Below are positions 39,225-47,938 of a DNA stretch of 51,842 nt, piece after piece. Under the pieces are notes generated by a model that was not told where the DNA came from, did no database searches, and was given only the letters and a program-made list of their open reading frames with translations. Each line of letters begins with the position of its first letter. The first letter of the stretch is position 1. Both the position numbers and the translations under genes were made by a program. Where the stretch lies: assembly GCA_013152295.1 (NCBI GenBank), contig JAADGQ010000064.1, positions 3,631 to 55,472 on the forward strand, in the 5' to 3' direction. This stretch comes from Gammaproteobacteria bacterium. Its GTDB lineage: Bacteria; Pseudomonadota; Gammaproteobacteria; JAADGQ01.

Positions 39225-41549
39225 TTATAGCTCCATCTCTACACCAAAAAACGGAAAAAATGAGATGCCGGTGATTTCGGTGGGATTATCGATCTTTTCA
39301 AATTCACTACCGTAATCGAACTCAACGATATTTTTGGCAAAGGTGATGTTTTGCAGGTCGAGGTAGAACTTTAGTTTGGATTCGTTAAATAACACTTCGC
39401 GGCCGATGCGCAGATCAATTTTATAGTAGGTGGGCAGACGTTTAGCGTTGTGTTTTCCATATTCGGCTATCCAGCGTTTATTGACCACATCCCAGCGACG
39501 GCCTGTGATAGCGGTGTAAGGTTTGCCTGAGCGTGCCTGAGCTTTGATGCTCCAGTCCCAACGCTTCCAGCTACCACTAAAAGGTTGCCCCCAAACGGCG
39601 GTGACGGTTAAGGGTTGATCGCCTGAAAAATTACGGGTGATACGCGTGATTTGATTAGTGCGGCGTGACTTGGCCCACGAGAGTGACAGCCAACCGATCT
39701 TGCCTTGACTGGGTTTGCGTTTGACAAATAGATCGAACCCATACGCCTCGCCAGTGGCTCGGTTGGCGTAGTTATTGGGCGGCTCACGCTCATCAAGGGC
39801 GATGACCAGATTTTTCATCGGCTTGTGATAAACCTCGGTTTTAATGCTATAAAGCGCGTTGATCTGATGTTCAATGCCAAGCACGCGGTGTTCCGCCTCG
39901 GTCATCAGTAGAGAGGGATTACCGAACGACTCAACGATCTCTTCACCTTCTGGCATCTGAATATACTGACCCCAAGTTGCCGTTAACAGTGTATCGGGGG
40001 TCAATTTATATTCCAGTGTCGAGCGCGGTGAAAGCTTGTGCGCATGAAAGCCGCCGGTTAACTCGATATTGGTGTGGCGCAGGCCAAGCTGAGTGCTGAG
40101 CCGATTGGTCCACTGTTTGCGGTATTTAAAATAGGGTGAAAGTTCTCTGGCAGTCAGTACTTTTTTGAGACGATATTTTTTTTGTGTAGTGAAGTCAAAA
40201 TCAAGATCGTTTTCGTCAAAACTTCGCGGCGTATAGAGATTAACTGGGATCTTTGCGTAACCACTTTCAAAACCAAAGCTATATTTTGAGTCAGCTTGAG
40301 GCTGCCAGCGTAACTCCTCCTGTAAAAAAAATGTTTTCTCTTCTACACGTGAAAAAAATGGTTCTCCCTGTTCATCTCGACCCAGGCGGTTTGCACTTTT
40401 TTCACGAATATAGGCCAATGTAACAATGCTATCCCACTTGTTATTCCAGCGCTGCTGCCAAGTCAGCCCAGCGGTCTGGTATGCGATTTTGTCACGCGCT
40501 TTACCGGCGATTTGAGGGTCAGACTTAGCGGATCCACGCAGCTCCATGGCCACCTCGTCACCGGCGGCGAACAGGTAGCTATCCAAATATCCATCATTGA
40601 GTTGATGATGATAGAGTGCCTGAAAATCGTAGAAACGGGGCACTAGAGTAATCTGGTCAGGGTCATCCTCACCATCATCGGCAAACGCATCGGTTGCATC
40701 TTTCGGCGAGAAGATTAAATCAAGATAGCTGCGTCGTCCGGCAACAAAAAAACTGTCGCCACCGGCTTCGTTTACTGGACCTTCTACGAGAAATGAGCTA
40801 GCGATTGTTGAGAGATCAAATTGATAGTGCATGCGATCATTCTTTGGTGTTCGCAATTTAGCATCAATGACACCACCGAGCGCATCACCATACTGCACAG
40901 GAAAACCGCCAAGAAAAACATTAATGTCTTCGATGAGTGCGGGATGAATGGTCGACTGAAACCCGCCAAAGTGATAGAGATAACCCACCGGGGTGTTATT
41001 CATCCAGGTGATATTCTCATTACCGTTGCTGCCGCGCATGTAAACTTCTGCGGAACCTTCGCTGGTGGGGATGACGCCGGGCAAAGCCGTAATTGCTTTA
41101 AGCGGATCACCGCCACTCCCCGCCGCTTTAATCAGCTCTGTGGTGGATAGCATTAGCTTTGATGCCTTCTCAACCAATCGCTCGGCAGAAACTTTTAGGC
41201 CTTCGCCTTCGATGGTAAACGGCTCTAGATAGAAGGTAATCTGCGTTTGATTTAGCACAAAAGGTTTTTTTAATGTCTCAAATCCCGTTGCCAATATTTT
41301 TATCGTATTGGCTGATGCTAGGTCGGCAAATTCGACATGGCCACTTTCACCTGTTTCGCCATAGGTATCGCCATCATCAATAACAACGGTTGCGCCCTCA
41401 ATTGGCGTGCCGCTGCCTTTTGCTTTGACCGTGATGGTGATATCGGCAGCCAGCGCAGCTTCTACGCTAAACACTGTTGCTAATAATGCCAGAAATAAGC
41501 GGCTAACATAGCGTGAAATAGAATGATTTTTACTGATTGTGATGTTCAT
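39225..41549 (-). CDS. TonB-dependent receptor with an N-terminal carboxypeptidase-regulatory-like domain
   Basis: 774 aa. Signal peptide, CarboxypepD_reg-like beta-sandwich, plug (GDPLKAITALPGV...YMRGS) and a beta-barrel. The C-terminus ends ...FFGVEMEL rather than in an aromatic residue. Confidence 0.88.
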   Translation of the reverse strand: MNITISKNHSISRYVSRLFLALLATVFSVEAALAADITITVKAKGSGTPIEGATVVIDDGDTYGETGESGHVEFADLASANTIKILATGFETLKKPFVLNQTQITFYLEPFTIEGEGLKVSAERLVEKASKLMLSTTELIKAAGSGGDPLKAITALPGVIPTSEGSAEVYMRGSNGNENITWMNNTPVGYLYHFGGFQSTIHPALIEDINVFLGGFPVQYGDALGGVIDAKLRTPKNDRMHYQFDLSTIASSFLVEGPVNEAGGDSFFVAGRRSYLDLIFSPKDATDAFADDGEDDPDQITLVPRFYDFQALYHHQLNDGYLDSYLFAAGDEVAMELRGSAKSDPQIAGKARDKIAYQTAGLTWQQRWNNKWDSIVTLAYIREKSANRLGRDEQGEPFFSRVEEKTFFLQEELRWQPQADSKYSFGFESGYAKIPVNLYTPRSFDENDLDFDFTTQKKYRLKKVLTARELSPYFKYRKQWTNRLSTQLGLRHTNIELTGGFHAHKLSPRSTLEYKLTPDTLLTATWGQYIQMPEGEEIVESFGNPSLLMTEAEHRVLGIEHQINALYSIKTEVYHKPMKNLVIALDEREPPNNYANRATGEAYGFDLFVKRKPSQGKIGWLSLSWAKSRRTNQITRITRNFSGDQPLTVTAVWGQPFSGSWKRWDWSIKAQARSGKPYTAITGRRWDVVNKRWIAEYGKHNAKRLPTYYKIDLRIGREVLFNESKLKFYLDLQNITFAKNIVEFDYGSEFEKIDNPTEITGISFFPFFGVEMEL

Positions 41550-41709
41550 TCACATTGCCCTCAAGAGCTGACTATGACTTTTCATAGCGTCTATTTTAAG
41601 GTCGTTAATGAATGAGGTCTGTGGGAAGAGTGTTTAGAAATGTATCCTTGTGTAACGGTGGTGAAGCGATGGAATATATCTTGTATTACAGCAACTATGG
41701 ATATAATTA

Positions 41710-41913
41710 TCAAAAATCTTCAATCTCTTTACGCTTTCTTTGATAATCCTCATAGCTCTCCTGTTTCGTGCACTCTGATGACAGCTCCTTCTCACATTGC
41801 AGCCTATCAATGTTTTTCAATGTCTCATAACCGGTTCGTTTTAATGACTCAGAGCTACAAGATAAGCTGCCCAATATAAACACAAGAAGTGAGATTATTT
41901 TAATGGTTTTCAT
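41710..41913 (-). CDS. Small secreted or lipoprotein-like protein
   Basis: 67 aa with a hydrophobic signal ending LGSLSC, which is a non-canonical lipobox. Charged C-terminal part. Same strand as the flanking operon. Confidence 0.5.
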   Translation of the reverse strand: MKTIKIISLLVFILGSLSCSSESLKRTGYETLKNIDRLQCEKELSSECTKQESYEDYQRKRKEIEDF

Positions 41914-41943
41914 TTTCTATTTTTCCTAGCTATATTTCAGTAT

Positions 41944-43530
41944 TTATTTTTCAAAATATACGACTGGCCACCGTATTACAAAACGCGCGCCGCCTAAAGT
42001 TGAATCTTCAATCGTAACATCGCCACCATGCCACTGACTGATGCGCTGTACAATGGCCAAGCCTAATCCGTAGCCGCCGGTATCCCGGTCACGACTGAGA
42101 TCAAGGCGTTTGAAGGCTGCGAAGATATGTTCACGCTCACTTTTTGGAATACCCGGCCCATCATCGTCAACACTCATTTGGTAATAACCTTTGTCGTGGG
42201 TAAAAGTTACCTGGATTTTTGTCTGTGCGTAACGCTGAGAATTTTGCAGCAAATTACCGAGTGCTCGCGCCAACAGGCGTGGCTCGAAACGTGCGTCGAT
42301 GAGATCTTTTGTTTCAATATTAAAATCGATAGTGAGGTCATTCTTGCTCGTCTGTGTTTGTCTGATCACTTTAGTTAACCACGGCTCGATCTCTTGGCGC
42401 TGGAATTTCAGCATCGGTCTATCGCGGTCGAAGCGCGCGTAGGTTAATAGCTCAGCAACCAGCTGATCGAGTTCATCGATATCAGCATTCATGCTCTTTA
42501 TGTAGCGTATTTTATCGGATTCATTGCTGGAAGATTGCAACATCTCCATGCCAAAACGAAGTCGGGCAATGGGTGTTCTTAATTCGTGGGAGACAGCATT
42601 AGTTAGCTCTTTGTGCGATGAGATCAAGCGTTGGATACGACTGGCCATGCCATTGAAAGTTTCAGCTAAATGATGCAGCACTGAGCGTTTAGACAACTTT
42701 GAGCGCATGCTAAAATCACCCTGACCAAATGCTTCAGCGCTCACACTCAGTCGCGAGAGGTCACGCCATAGCGGATAGACCCAAAATAATACGGCTAACG
42801 CGACTAAAAACGCTAATACCAGTATCAAAATGGTCTGTAGATAGTTGAGTGTGATCGGCTCATTGAAAGGCCCAATTTTTATGACATAGGGCGTATCACC
42901 AATGCGCTGATAGAGAAAATCGATCTCATCGTCAACCTCTTTCCAAACGATTTCGCCATCGCTGAGTGCTTCTTTTAAAGCGCTGGACAGCATCACCTGA
43001 TTCTGAGTCAACAGAACAACAGGGAAACTAAAGCGATGACTGAGATCGGTTGTTATACTTGGCCAGCTACTTTGCGGCTGCTCGCGTAACTCCATTTTAA
43101 TGAGATTGAATGTACTGTTAGAGAGGTGTTGGTTGTGACTATATTCCGACTGCTCGAATGGAAACTCTAGCACCCATGGACTATTTTCAATGCGTTTATA
43201 ACTGTGGCTGGCACCATATACCTCCGCGATAACCATCTCTCCTCGATTCAAGCGATCTATCTTGGCCGGGGAAAGCGTCAGTGATTCAACAGCAAGCAGG
43301 CGTACAGCAAACCCTTCACCTTGATTGACTTCATCCACCAGTGCGGGCCATTGTGCTGGTGGTATTTTTTTGAGGCGATCTTCAAGAAGATAAAAGGTAC
43401 CTTGGGCTAAATTACCAAAATAGCGTTCAAGTGTGCCCTGCAAGATACCATCGAGATTGGCGATGCCGACAAAGTAGATTGCAACGGCTAAGACGAGAAT
43501 GGAATAGAGTTTGAAAAATAGGCGTCCCAT
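41944..43530 (-). CDS. Two-component sensor histidine kinase (periplasmic sensor, HAMP, HisKA, HATPase_c)
   Basis: 528 aa. H-box SHELRTPIARL, N-box LLQNSQRYA, G1 DDDGPGI, G2 GGYGLGLAIV. Two TMs flank a periplasmic region of about 200 aa. Confidence 0.95.
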   Translation of the reverse strand: MGRLFFKLYSILVLAVAIYFVGIANLDGILQGTLERYFGNLAQGTFYLLEDRLKKIPPAQWPALVDEVNQGEGFAVRLLAVESLTLSPAKIDRLNRGEMVIAEVYGASHSYKRIENSPWVLEFPFEQSEYSHNQHLSNSTFNLIKMELREQPQSSWPSITTDLSHRFSFPVVLLTQNQVMLSSALKEALSDGEIVWKEVDDEIDFLYQRIGDTPYVIKIGPFNEPITLNYLQTILILVLAFLVALAVLFWVYPLWRDLSRLSVSAEAFGQGDFSMRSKLSKRSVLHHLAETFNGMASRIQRLISSHKELTNAVSHELRTPIARLRFGMEMLQSSSNESDKIRYIKSMNADIDELDQLVAELLTYARFDRDRPMLKFQRQEIEPWLTKVIRQTQTSKNDLTIDFNIETKDLIDARFEPRLLARALGNLLQNSQRYAQTKIQVTFTHDKGYYQMSVDDDGPGIPKSEREHIFAAFKRLDLSRDRDTGGYGLGLAIVQRISQWHGGDVTIEDSTLGGARFVIRWPVVYFEK

Positions 43531-43538
43531 CGTTCACT

Positions 43539-44288
43539 TTACCCCCAAGCTTCTTTGACAAACAGATAGCCTTTGCCACGAATCGTTTTTATGCGGAAGG
43601 GGCGGTTGGTGTTATCGCCTAATTTCTTTCGCAAACGTGAAACACGAATATCGACAGAGCGGTCCAGGCCGTCATAGCCAATGCCACGCAGTTGATCCAA
43701 AATGGTGTCACGGGTCAGAACTTCACCGACGTGTGTAGCGAATAACCACAGTAACTCAAACTCATTGGTGGTGAGTTCAAGGAGTTCATCATTCAACCAA
43801 GCATCACGCGCCGCAGCGCTGATTCGGAAGCGACCAAAACAAAGCTCGCTTCTCTCGATACGCTCATCGGTTGTGCCCTGATTGCCTTGAGAAAAACGCC
43901 GTAACAACGCACGAATGCGGGCCAACAATACCCGCGGTTGGACCGGTTTGGTGACGTAGTCATCGGCGCCGATCTCCAAGCCAACCACTTGGTCAACATC
44001 CTCATCTCGGGCCGTTAACATCAAAATCGGACCGCCGTATTGAGGGCGCACGGCCTTGCACACCTCCAGCCCATCGAGCCCCGGCAGCATCAAATCCAAC
44101 ACCACCAAATCGGGACACTCCGTGGTGATTCGCTGGCAAGCCAAATCGCCACGATATTCGATGGATACATCCATCGCTTGTTGTTGTAGGTACTCTTGGA
44201 TAAGCGCAGCGAGTCGAACATCGTCTTCAACCAATAATATTCGAACACCTGCATCTGCGGCAGAAACGTTTACAGGCACGCTTTTCAC
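43539..44288 (-). CDS. OmpR-family response regulator
   Basis: REC domain (ILLVEDD, LVVLDLMLPGLDG) plus a winged-helix output (VSRLRKKL). GTG start; the first codons are uncertain. Confidence 0.93.
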   Translation of the reverse strand: MKSVPVNVSAADAGVRILLVEDDVRLAALIQEYLQQQAMDVSIEYRGDLACQRITTECPDLVVLDLMLPGLDGLEVCKAVRPQYGGPILMLTARDEDVDQVVGLEIGADDYVTKPVQPRVLLARIRALLRRFSQGNQGTTDERIERSELCFGRFRISAAARDAWLNDELLELTTNEFELLWLFATHVGEVLTRDTILDQLRGIGYDGLDRSVDIRVSRLRKKLGDNTNRPFRIKTIRGKGYLFVKEAWG

Positions 44289-44414
44289 CTCACGTTGAAC
44301 GCAAAACTATCAGTAAAATAGTGATGTGTTTATTATAGCGATCGTGCGCAGCTAAACTGTTGTTACTATGTGTGATATTTGTATCGGAATGTAACCTCTG
44401 AACGCATGCGTGCA

Positions 44415-45320
44415 TTAGTTCCCCCGACGCCCTCCTTGCCTACCGTTGATCGTACTCTCCATTTTCATTCGATTACCGACGATCACGACACTCGCAACCG
44501 TCACTGCAAACGCAATAGTGATTATATCGACCCTCTCGCCAAGCAAGAAAACTGCTGCAATGATAGTGATAAAGGGTTGTAACAGTTGCGTTTGACTCAC
44601 CCGCGCCACGCCACCCAGTGCCAATCCTTTGTTCCAGAAAAAGAATGCGAAAAGCTGACTGATGATGGCCAGATAGAGAAAAGCCAGCCATGCCGAACCG
44701 GGGATCTGCTCCCAACTTAGCGGAAAATGTAGCAGTGCGGGCAGAAGCGTAAACGGCAATGCAATGACCAGCGCCCAGCAGATGACCTGCCACCCTCCCA
44801 ACTCCTTTGCGAGCAACCCGCCCACCGCATAACCCATTGCCGCGAGCAGCATTGCGCCGAACAGAACCAGATCACCACTTGAAAAAGAGCCCACGCCCTG
44901 CAGCAGTGAAAACGCGATCACCAGTAAACTGCCCGCCACGCTCGCCAGCCAAAAGCCTATTGTGGGACGTTCGTCGGATAAGCATACCGCGACTGCCGCT
45001 GTCATCAGCGGCAATATACCCAACACCACACCACCATGGACTGCAGAGAGTGACACCATGGCCCAGGTTGAGAGCAGCGGAAACCCGACAACGACACCGA
45101 GCGCAACGACAACCAGTTTTATCAATTGGGCACGTGTCGGTCGAGGCTGTCGCAACAGCAGCAGGAGTAAACCCGCGAAACAGGCCGCGAGCACGGCGCG
45201 CCCCAAACCAACAAACAGCGGGTCGAGAAACGGCACGGCAAAACGGGTGGCCGGCAAGGTAAAGGCAAATGCGGCAACACCGAGCAGTCCCCACAGGCTG
45301 CCTTTAAGTTCGTTACTCAC
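44415..45320 (-). CDS. EamA/DMT-family transporter
   Basis: 301 aa with about 10 hydrophobic helices in two EamA-like halves. The GTG start is 3 nt after the PhzF-like stop. Confidence 0.88.
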   Translation of the reverse strand: MSNELKGSLWGLLGVAAFAFTLPATRFAVPFLDPLFVGLGRAVLAACFAGLLLLLLRQPRPTRAQLIKLVVVALGVVVGFPLLSTWAMVSLSAVHGGVVLGILPLMTAAVAVCLSDERPTIGFWLASVAGSLLVIAFSLLQGVGSFSSGDLVLFGAMLLAAMGYAVGGLLAKELGGWQVICWALVIALPFTLLPALLHFPLSWEQIPGSAWLAFLYLAIISQLFAFFFWNKGLALGGVARVSQTQLLQPFITIIAAVFLLGERVDIITIAFAVTVASVVIVGNRMKMESTINGRQGGRRGN

Positions 45321-45323
45321 TCC

Positions 45324-46154
45324 TTAACCACAAAGGCACCCTTTCCATACCGTGACCGCTTGACCGGAGAGCACAATGCGATCCCCGTTAACCGCGACAC
45401 CCACGGTTCCGCCGCGTGCTGAGATCTGCCTAGCGCTGAACTGCTGTTTGCCCAGACGAGTTTGCCAATAATGCGCTAGCGTGCAATGCGCAGAACCGGT
45501 CACTGGATCTTCATTGATGCCTGCACGCGGGGCGAAAAATCGCGAGACAAAATCAACGCCCTCCTCTGCTCCTGGTGCGGTGACGCAAAAACCACGGCCG
45601 GGAATTTTTGCCAATTGTTGAAAGTCAGGCGTCAACTCACGAACCTCCTGCTCGCTTTCAACCACGATGAGATAGTCATCACGCCCCTTGCCTACGTAGA
45701 CAGCGCGTAACCCCAACGCCGCTTCCATACCTTGAGGCGGTGTGACTTCGACCACCGGATCAGCCGGAAAATCGAGTTCGATCAAGCCATCGCGCAGCTC
45801 ATCTCGCAGATCGTCTCGCAACACAGCAGTCAAAATACCGCTATGGGTATAAAAGCAGATCGCTTGATCGACGCGCGCGTGCTTCTCTTGCCACAACGTA
45901 TGAGCGGCCGCCAGCGTGGCGTGGCCACATAGATCAACCTCAATGGTTGGCGTAAACCAGCGTAGATCAAATTCATTCGACGCGTCACGCGGCCGCACAT
46001 AAGCGGTTTCCGACAGATTCATCTCTGCGGCCAAGGCTTGCATCCACGCATCTGAGCGCTCGTCCTCAAGCAGGCAGACCGCCGCCGAATTGCCTGTAAA
46101 CGGTTCATTAGTAAAAGCATCCACTTGGTAGATGGCCGGGCCAGCGTTTTTCAA
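45324..46154 (-). CDS. PhzF-family isomerase/epimerase-like protein
   Basis: 276 aa. Motifs YQVDAFT, SETAYV, LCGHATLA and EDPVTGSAHC. TTG start with GGAGA SD 8 nt upstream. Confidence 0.9.
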   Translation of the reverse strand: MKNAGPAIYQVDAFTNEPFTGNSAAVCLLEDERSDAWMQALAAEMNLSETAYVRPRDASNEFDLRWFTPTIEVDLCGHATLAAAHTLWQEKHARVDQAICFYTHSGILTAVLRDDLRDELRDGLIELDFPADPVVEVTPPQGMEAALGLRAVYVGKGRDDYLIVVESEQEVRELTPDFQQLAKIPGRGFCVTAPGAEEGVDFVSRFFAPRAGINEDPVTGSAHCTLAHYWQTRLGKQQFSARQISARGGTVGVAVNGDRIVLSGQAVTVWKGCLCG

Positions 46155-46318
46155 GGTGGTGATCTCCGTTTGGCTGTTGAGCGTTTTTGATCTTTTATAC
46201 TCTACCCGCCATACTCAAACCAGTACAGATTCAAACACAACAAATCTGCAGCGGTACAGACCCAGAAACCACTAAACTGTGCTGTAGTTTTCACCAGAAA
46301 CTGTTTTTGGTTATCGAT

Positions 46319-46386
46319 GTAGGAGCGGCGCCCCGCCGCGATTTTCTTACCTAAAAAGAGCCATCGTGGCGGGGCACCGCTCCTAC
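46319..46386. repeat. MITE/REP-like element, copy B (hairpin core)
   Basis: GTAGGAGCGGCGCCCCGCCGCGAT (46319-46342) pairs with ATCGTGGCGGGGCACCGCTCCTAC (46363-46386) around a 20-nt loop. An ATGCAT motif lies on the opposite side compared with copy A, so copy B is probably inverted. Confidence 0.85.
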
Positions 46387-46413
46387 TTATGCATCAAGCA
46401 ACAGAAAATAAAA

Positions 46414-47823
46414 ATGAAAAAACGCTATGAAGAAGTAGCTGAAAGGCTTGCGGGTCAGATTGAGCAAGGCGTCTATCTGCCGGGAGAACGGATACCGGGC
46501 GTACGCCGCTTGAGCAAACAGTTCGCCGTCAGTATCTCGACGATTATGCAAGCCCACCAGCTGTTGGAGGATCAGCGTCTGATCGAGGCCCGCCCCCGCT
46601 CCGGATATTACGTGCGTACCCGTTTGTGGCAACCGCCCGAACAGCCCACCATGACGCACCCCAAACCGACGCCCACTGCGATCACCGGGCACCAGCTGGC
46701 AATGCAGCTGAGCCAAGCCACGCAACAGCCCGGAATTATGCAGCTGGGGGCAGCGATTCCAGATCACAGTTTTTTGCCCACGCGCGCCATCAATCAAGCA
46801 TTGATGCGCGTCGCCCGCCACCAACAGCAGCGCAGTGCCAGTTATGAGTTCCCGCCCGGTAGCATCGAGCTGCGCCAACAGATTGCGCGACGCATGCTTG
46901 ATGCAGGTTGTCAGATTGCGCCATCCGAAGTCGTCATCACCAGTGGCTGCCAAGAGGCGTTGACGTTATGTTTGCGGGTCGTCGCCCAGCCGGGTGACAT
47001 CATTGCGCTAGAATCACCAACCTTTTACGGCCAACTGCAGGTGGTGGAATCTCTCGGCCTGAAAGCGCTGGAGATCCCCACTCACCCGCAAGAGGGCATC
47101 AGCGTGGATGCGTTGAAACTGGCTATCGAACAGTGGCCGGTCAAGGCGTGTATTCTGGTTGGAAATTTTAATAATCCGATGGGTTACTGCATGCCGCAGA
47201 ACAACAAACAGGCGTTGGTAAAATTACTCGGCAAACACAACGTTCCATTGATCGAAGACGATGTTTACGGCGATCTCGCTTTCGATCACAACCGCCCCCT
47301 AGCCGCGAAAAGTTATGATAGAAACAGCAATGTACTCTATTGCAGCTCTTTTTCGAAAACGTTATCTCCCGGTTTGCGCGTTGGTTGGATCGTACCGGGG
47401 AAATATCAAGAACAAATCGCCTATCAAAAATACATCACCAGCCTCGCCACCCCGACACTAGCGCAGCTCGCCATTGCCGACTTTTTGCAGCGTGGCGCTT
47501 ACGATCGTTACCTGCGCCAGGTACGCAATCAATACGCGCGCCAAGTCACGCTGATCACTCAAGCAATCAGCAAATACTTCCCTGAAGGCACTAAAGTCAC
47601 TCGGCCAAAAGGTGGTTTTGTCGTTTGGGTGGAGCTGCCGGAAAAGAGCGATTCATTACAGATCTTCCACCAGGCGCTCGCAAAAAACATCTGCATCGCC
47701 CCTGGCCCGATTTTTTCTGCCAGTGGAAAATACAGAAATTTCATCCGCATCAGCTGTGCCCAGCCGTGGGATGATCGATTCGAGGCAGCGATTATCTATC
47801 TTGGGAAATTAGCGTTGCAATAG
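46414..47823 (+). CDS. MocR/GabR-type regulator: GntR wHTH fused to an aminotransferase-like PLP domain
   Basis: The wHTH is IPGVRRLSKQFAVSISTIMQAHQLLEDQRLIEARPRSGYYV. The AAT-fold domain has the PLP Lys in SFSKTLSPGLRVGW. ATG 46414 is chosen because the ORF-track start at 46366 lies inside the repeat hairpin. Confidence 0.92.
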   Translation: MKKRYEEVAERLAGQIEQGVYLPGERIPGVRRLSKQFAVSISTIMQAHQLLEDQRLIEARPRSGYYVRTRLWQPPEQPTMTHPKPTPTAITGHQLAMQLSQATQQPGIMQLGAAIPDHSFLPTRAINQALMRVARHQQQRSASYEFPPGSIELRQQIARRMLDAGCQIAPSEVVITSGCQEALTLCLRVVAQPGDIIALESPTFYGQLQVVESLGLKALEIPTHPQEGISVDALKLAIEQWPVKACILVGNFNNPMGYCMPQNNKQALVKLLGKHNVPLIEDDVYGDLAFDHNRPLAAKSYDRNSNVLYCSSFSKTLSPGLRVGWIVPGKYQEQIAYQKYITSLATPTLAQLAIADFLQRGAYDRYLRQVRNQYARQVTLITQAISKYFPEGTKVTRPKGGFVVWVELPEKSDSLQIFHQALAKNICIAPGPIFSASGKYRNFIRISCAQPWDDRFEAAIIYLGKLALQ

Positions 47824-47938
47824 CCATTCTCACTTAACCCGGCTGCGTCTCCATCACCGAGTAGCGGACCACCACCCCTTCATAGGGTAGTAACTCAATG
47901 AGTGCTGTTTGATGCGGTAAACATTCAAGAATCGCCTT

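Noticed and set aside
41693-41711. Fur-box-like sequence GATAATTATATCCATAGTT (minus strand) upstream of the TonB-dependent receptor
   Set aside because: It matches only about 13 of 19 positions of the GATAATGATAATCATTATC consensus, in an AT-rich region, and it overlaps the stop codon of the small upstream ORF. This is too weak to call.
46366-46413. Upstream start of the MocR ORF (MAGHRSYLCIKQQKIK...)
   Set aside because: These codons are the right arm of the REP-like hairpin and its flank. ATG 46414 starts the GntR-type wHTH at the usual distance.
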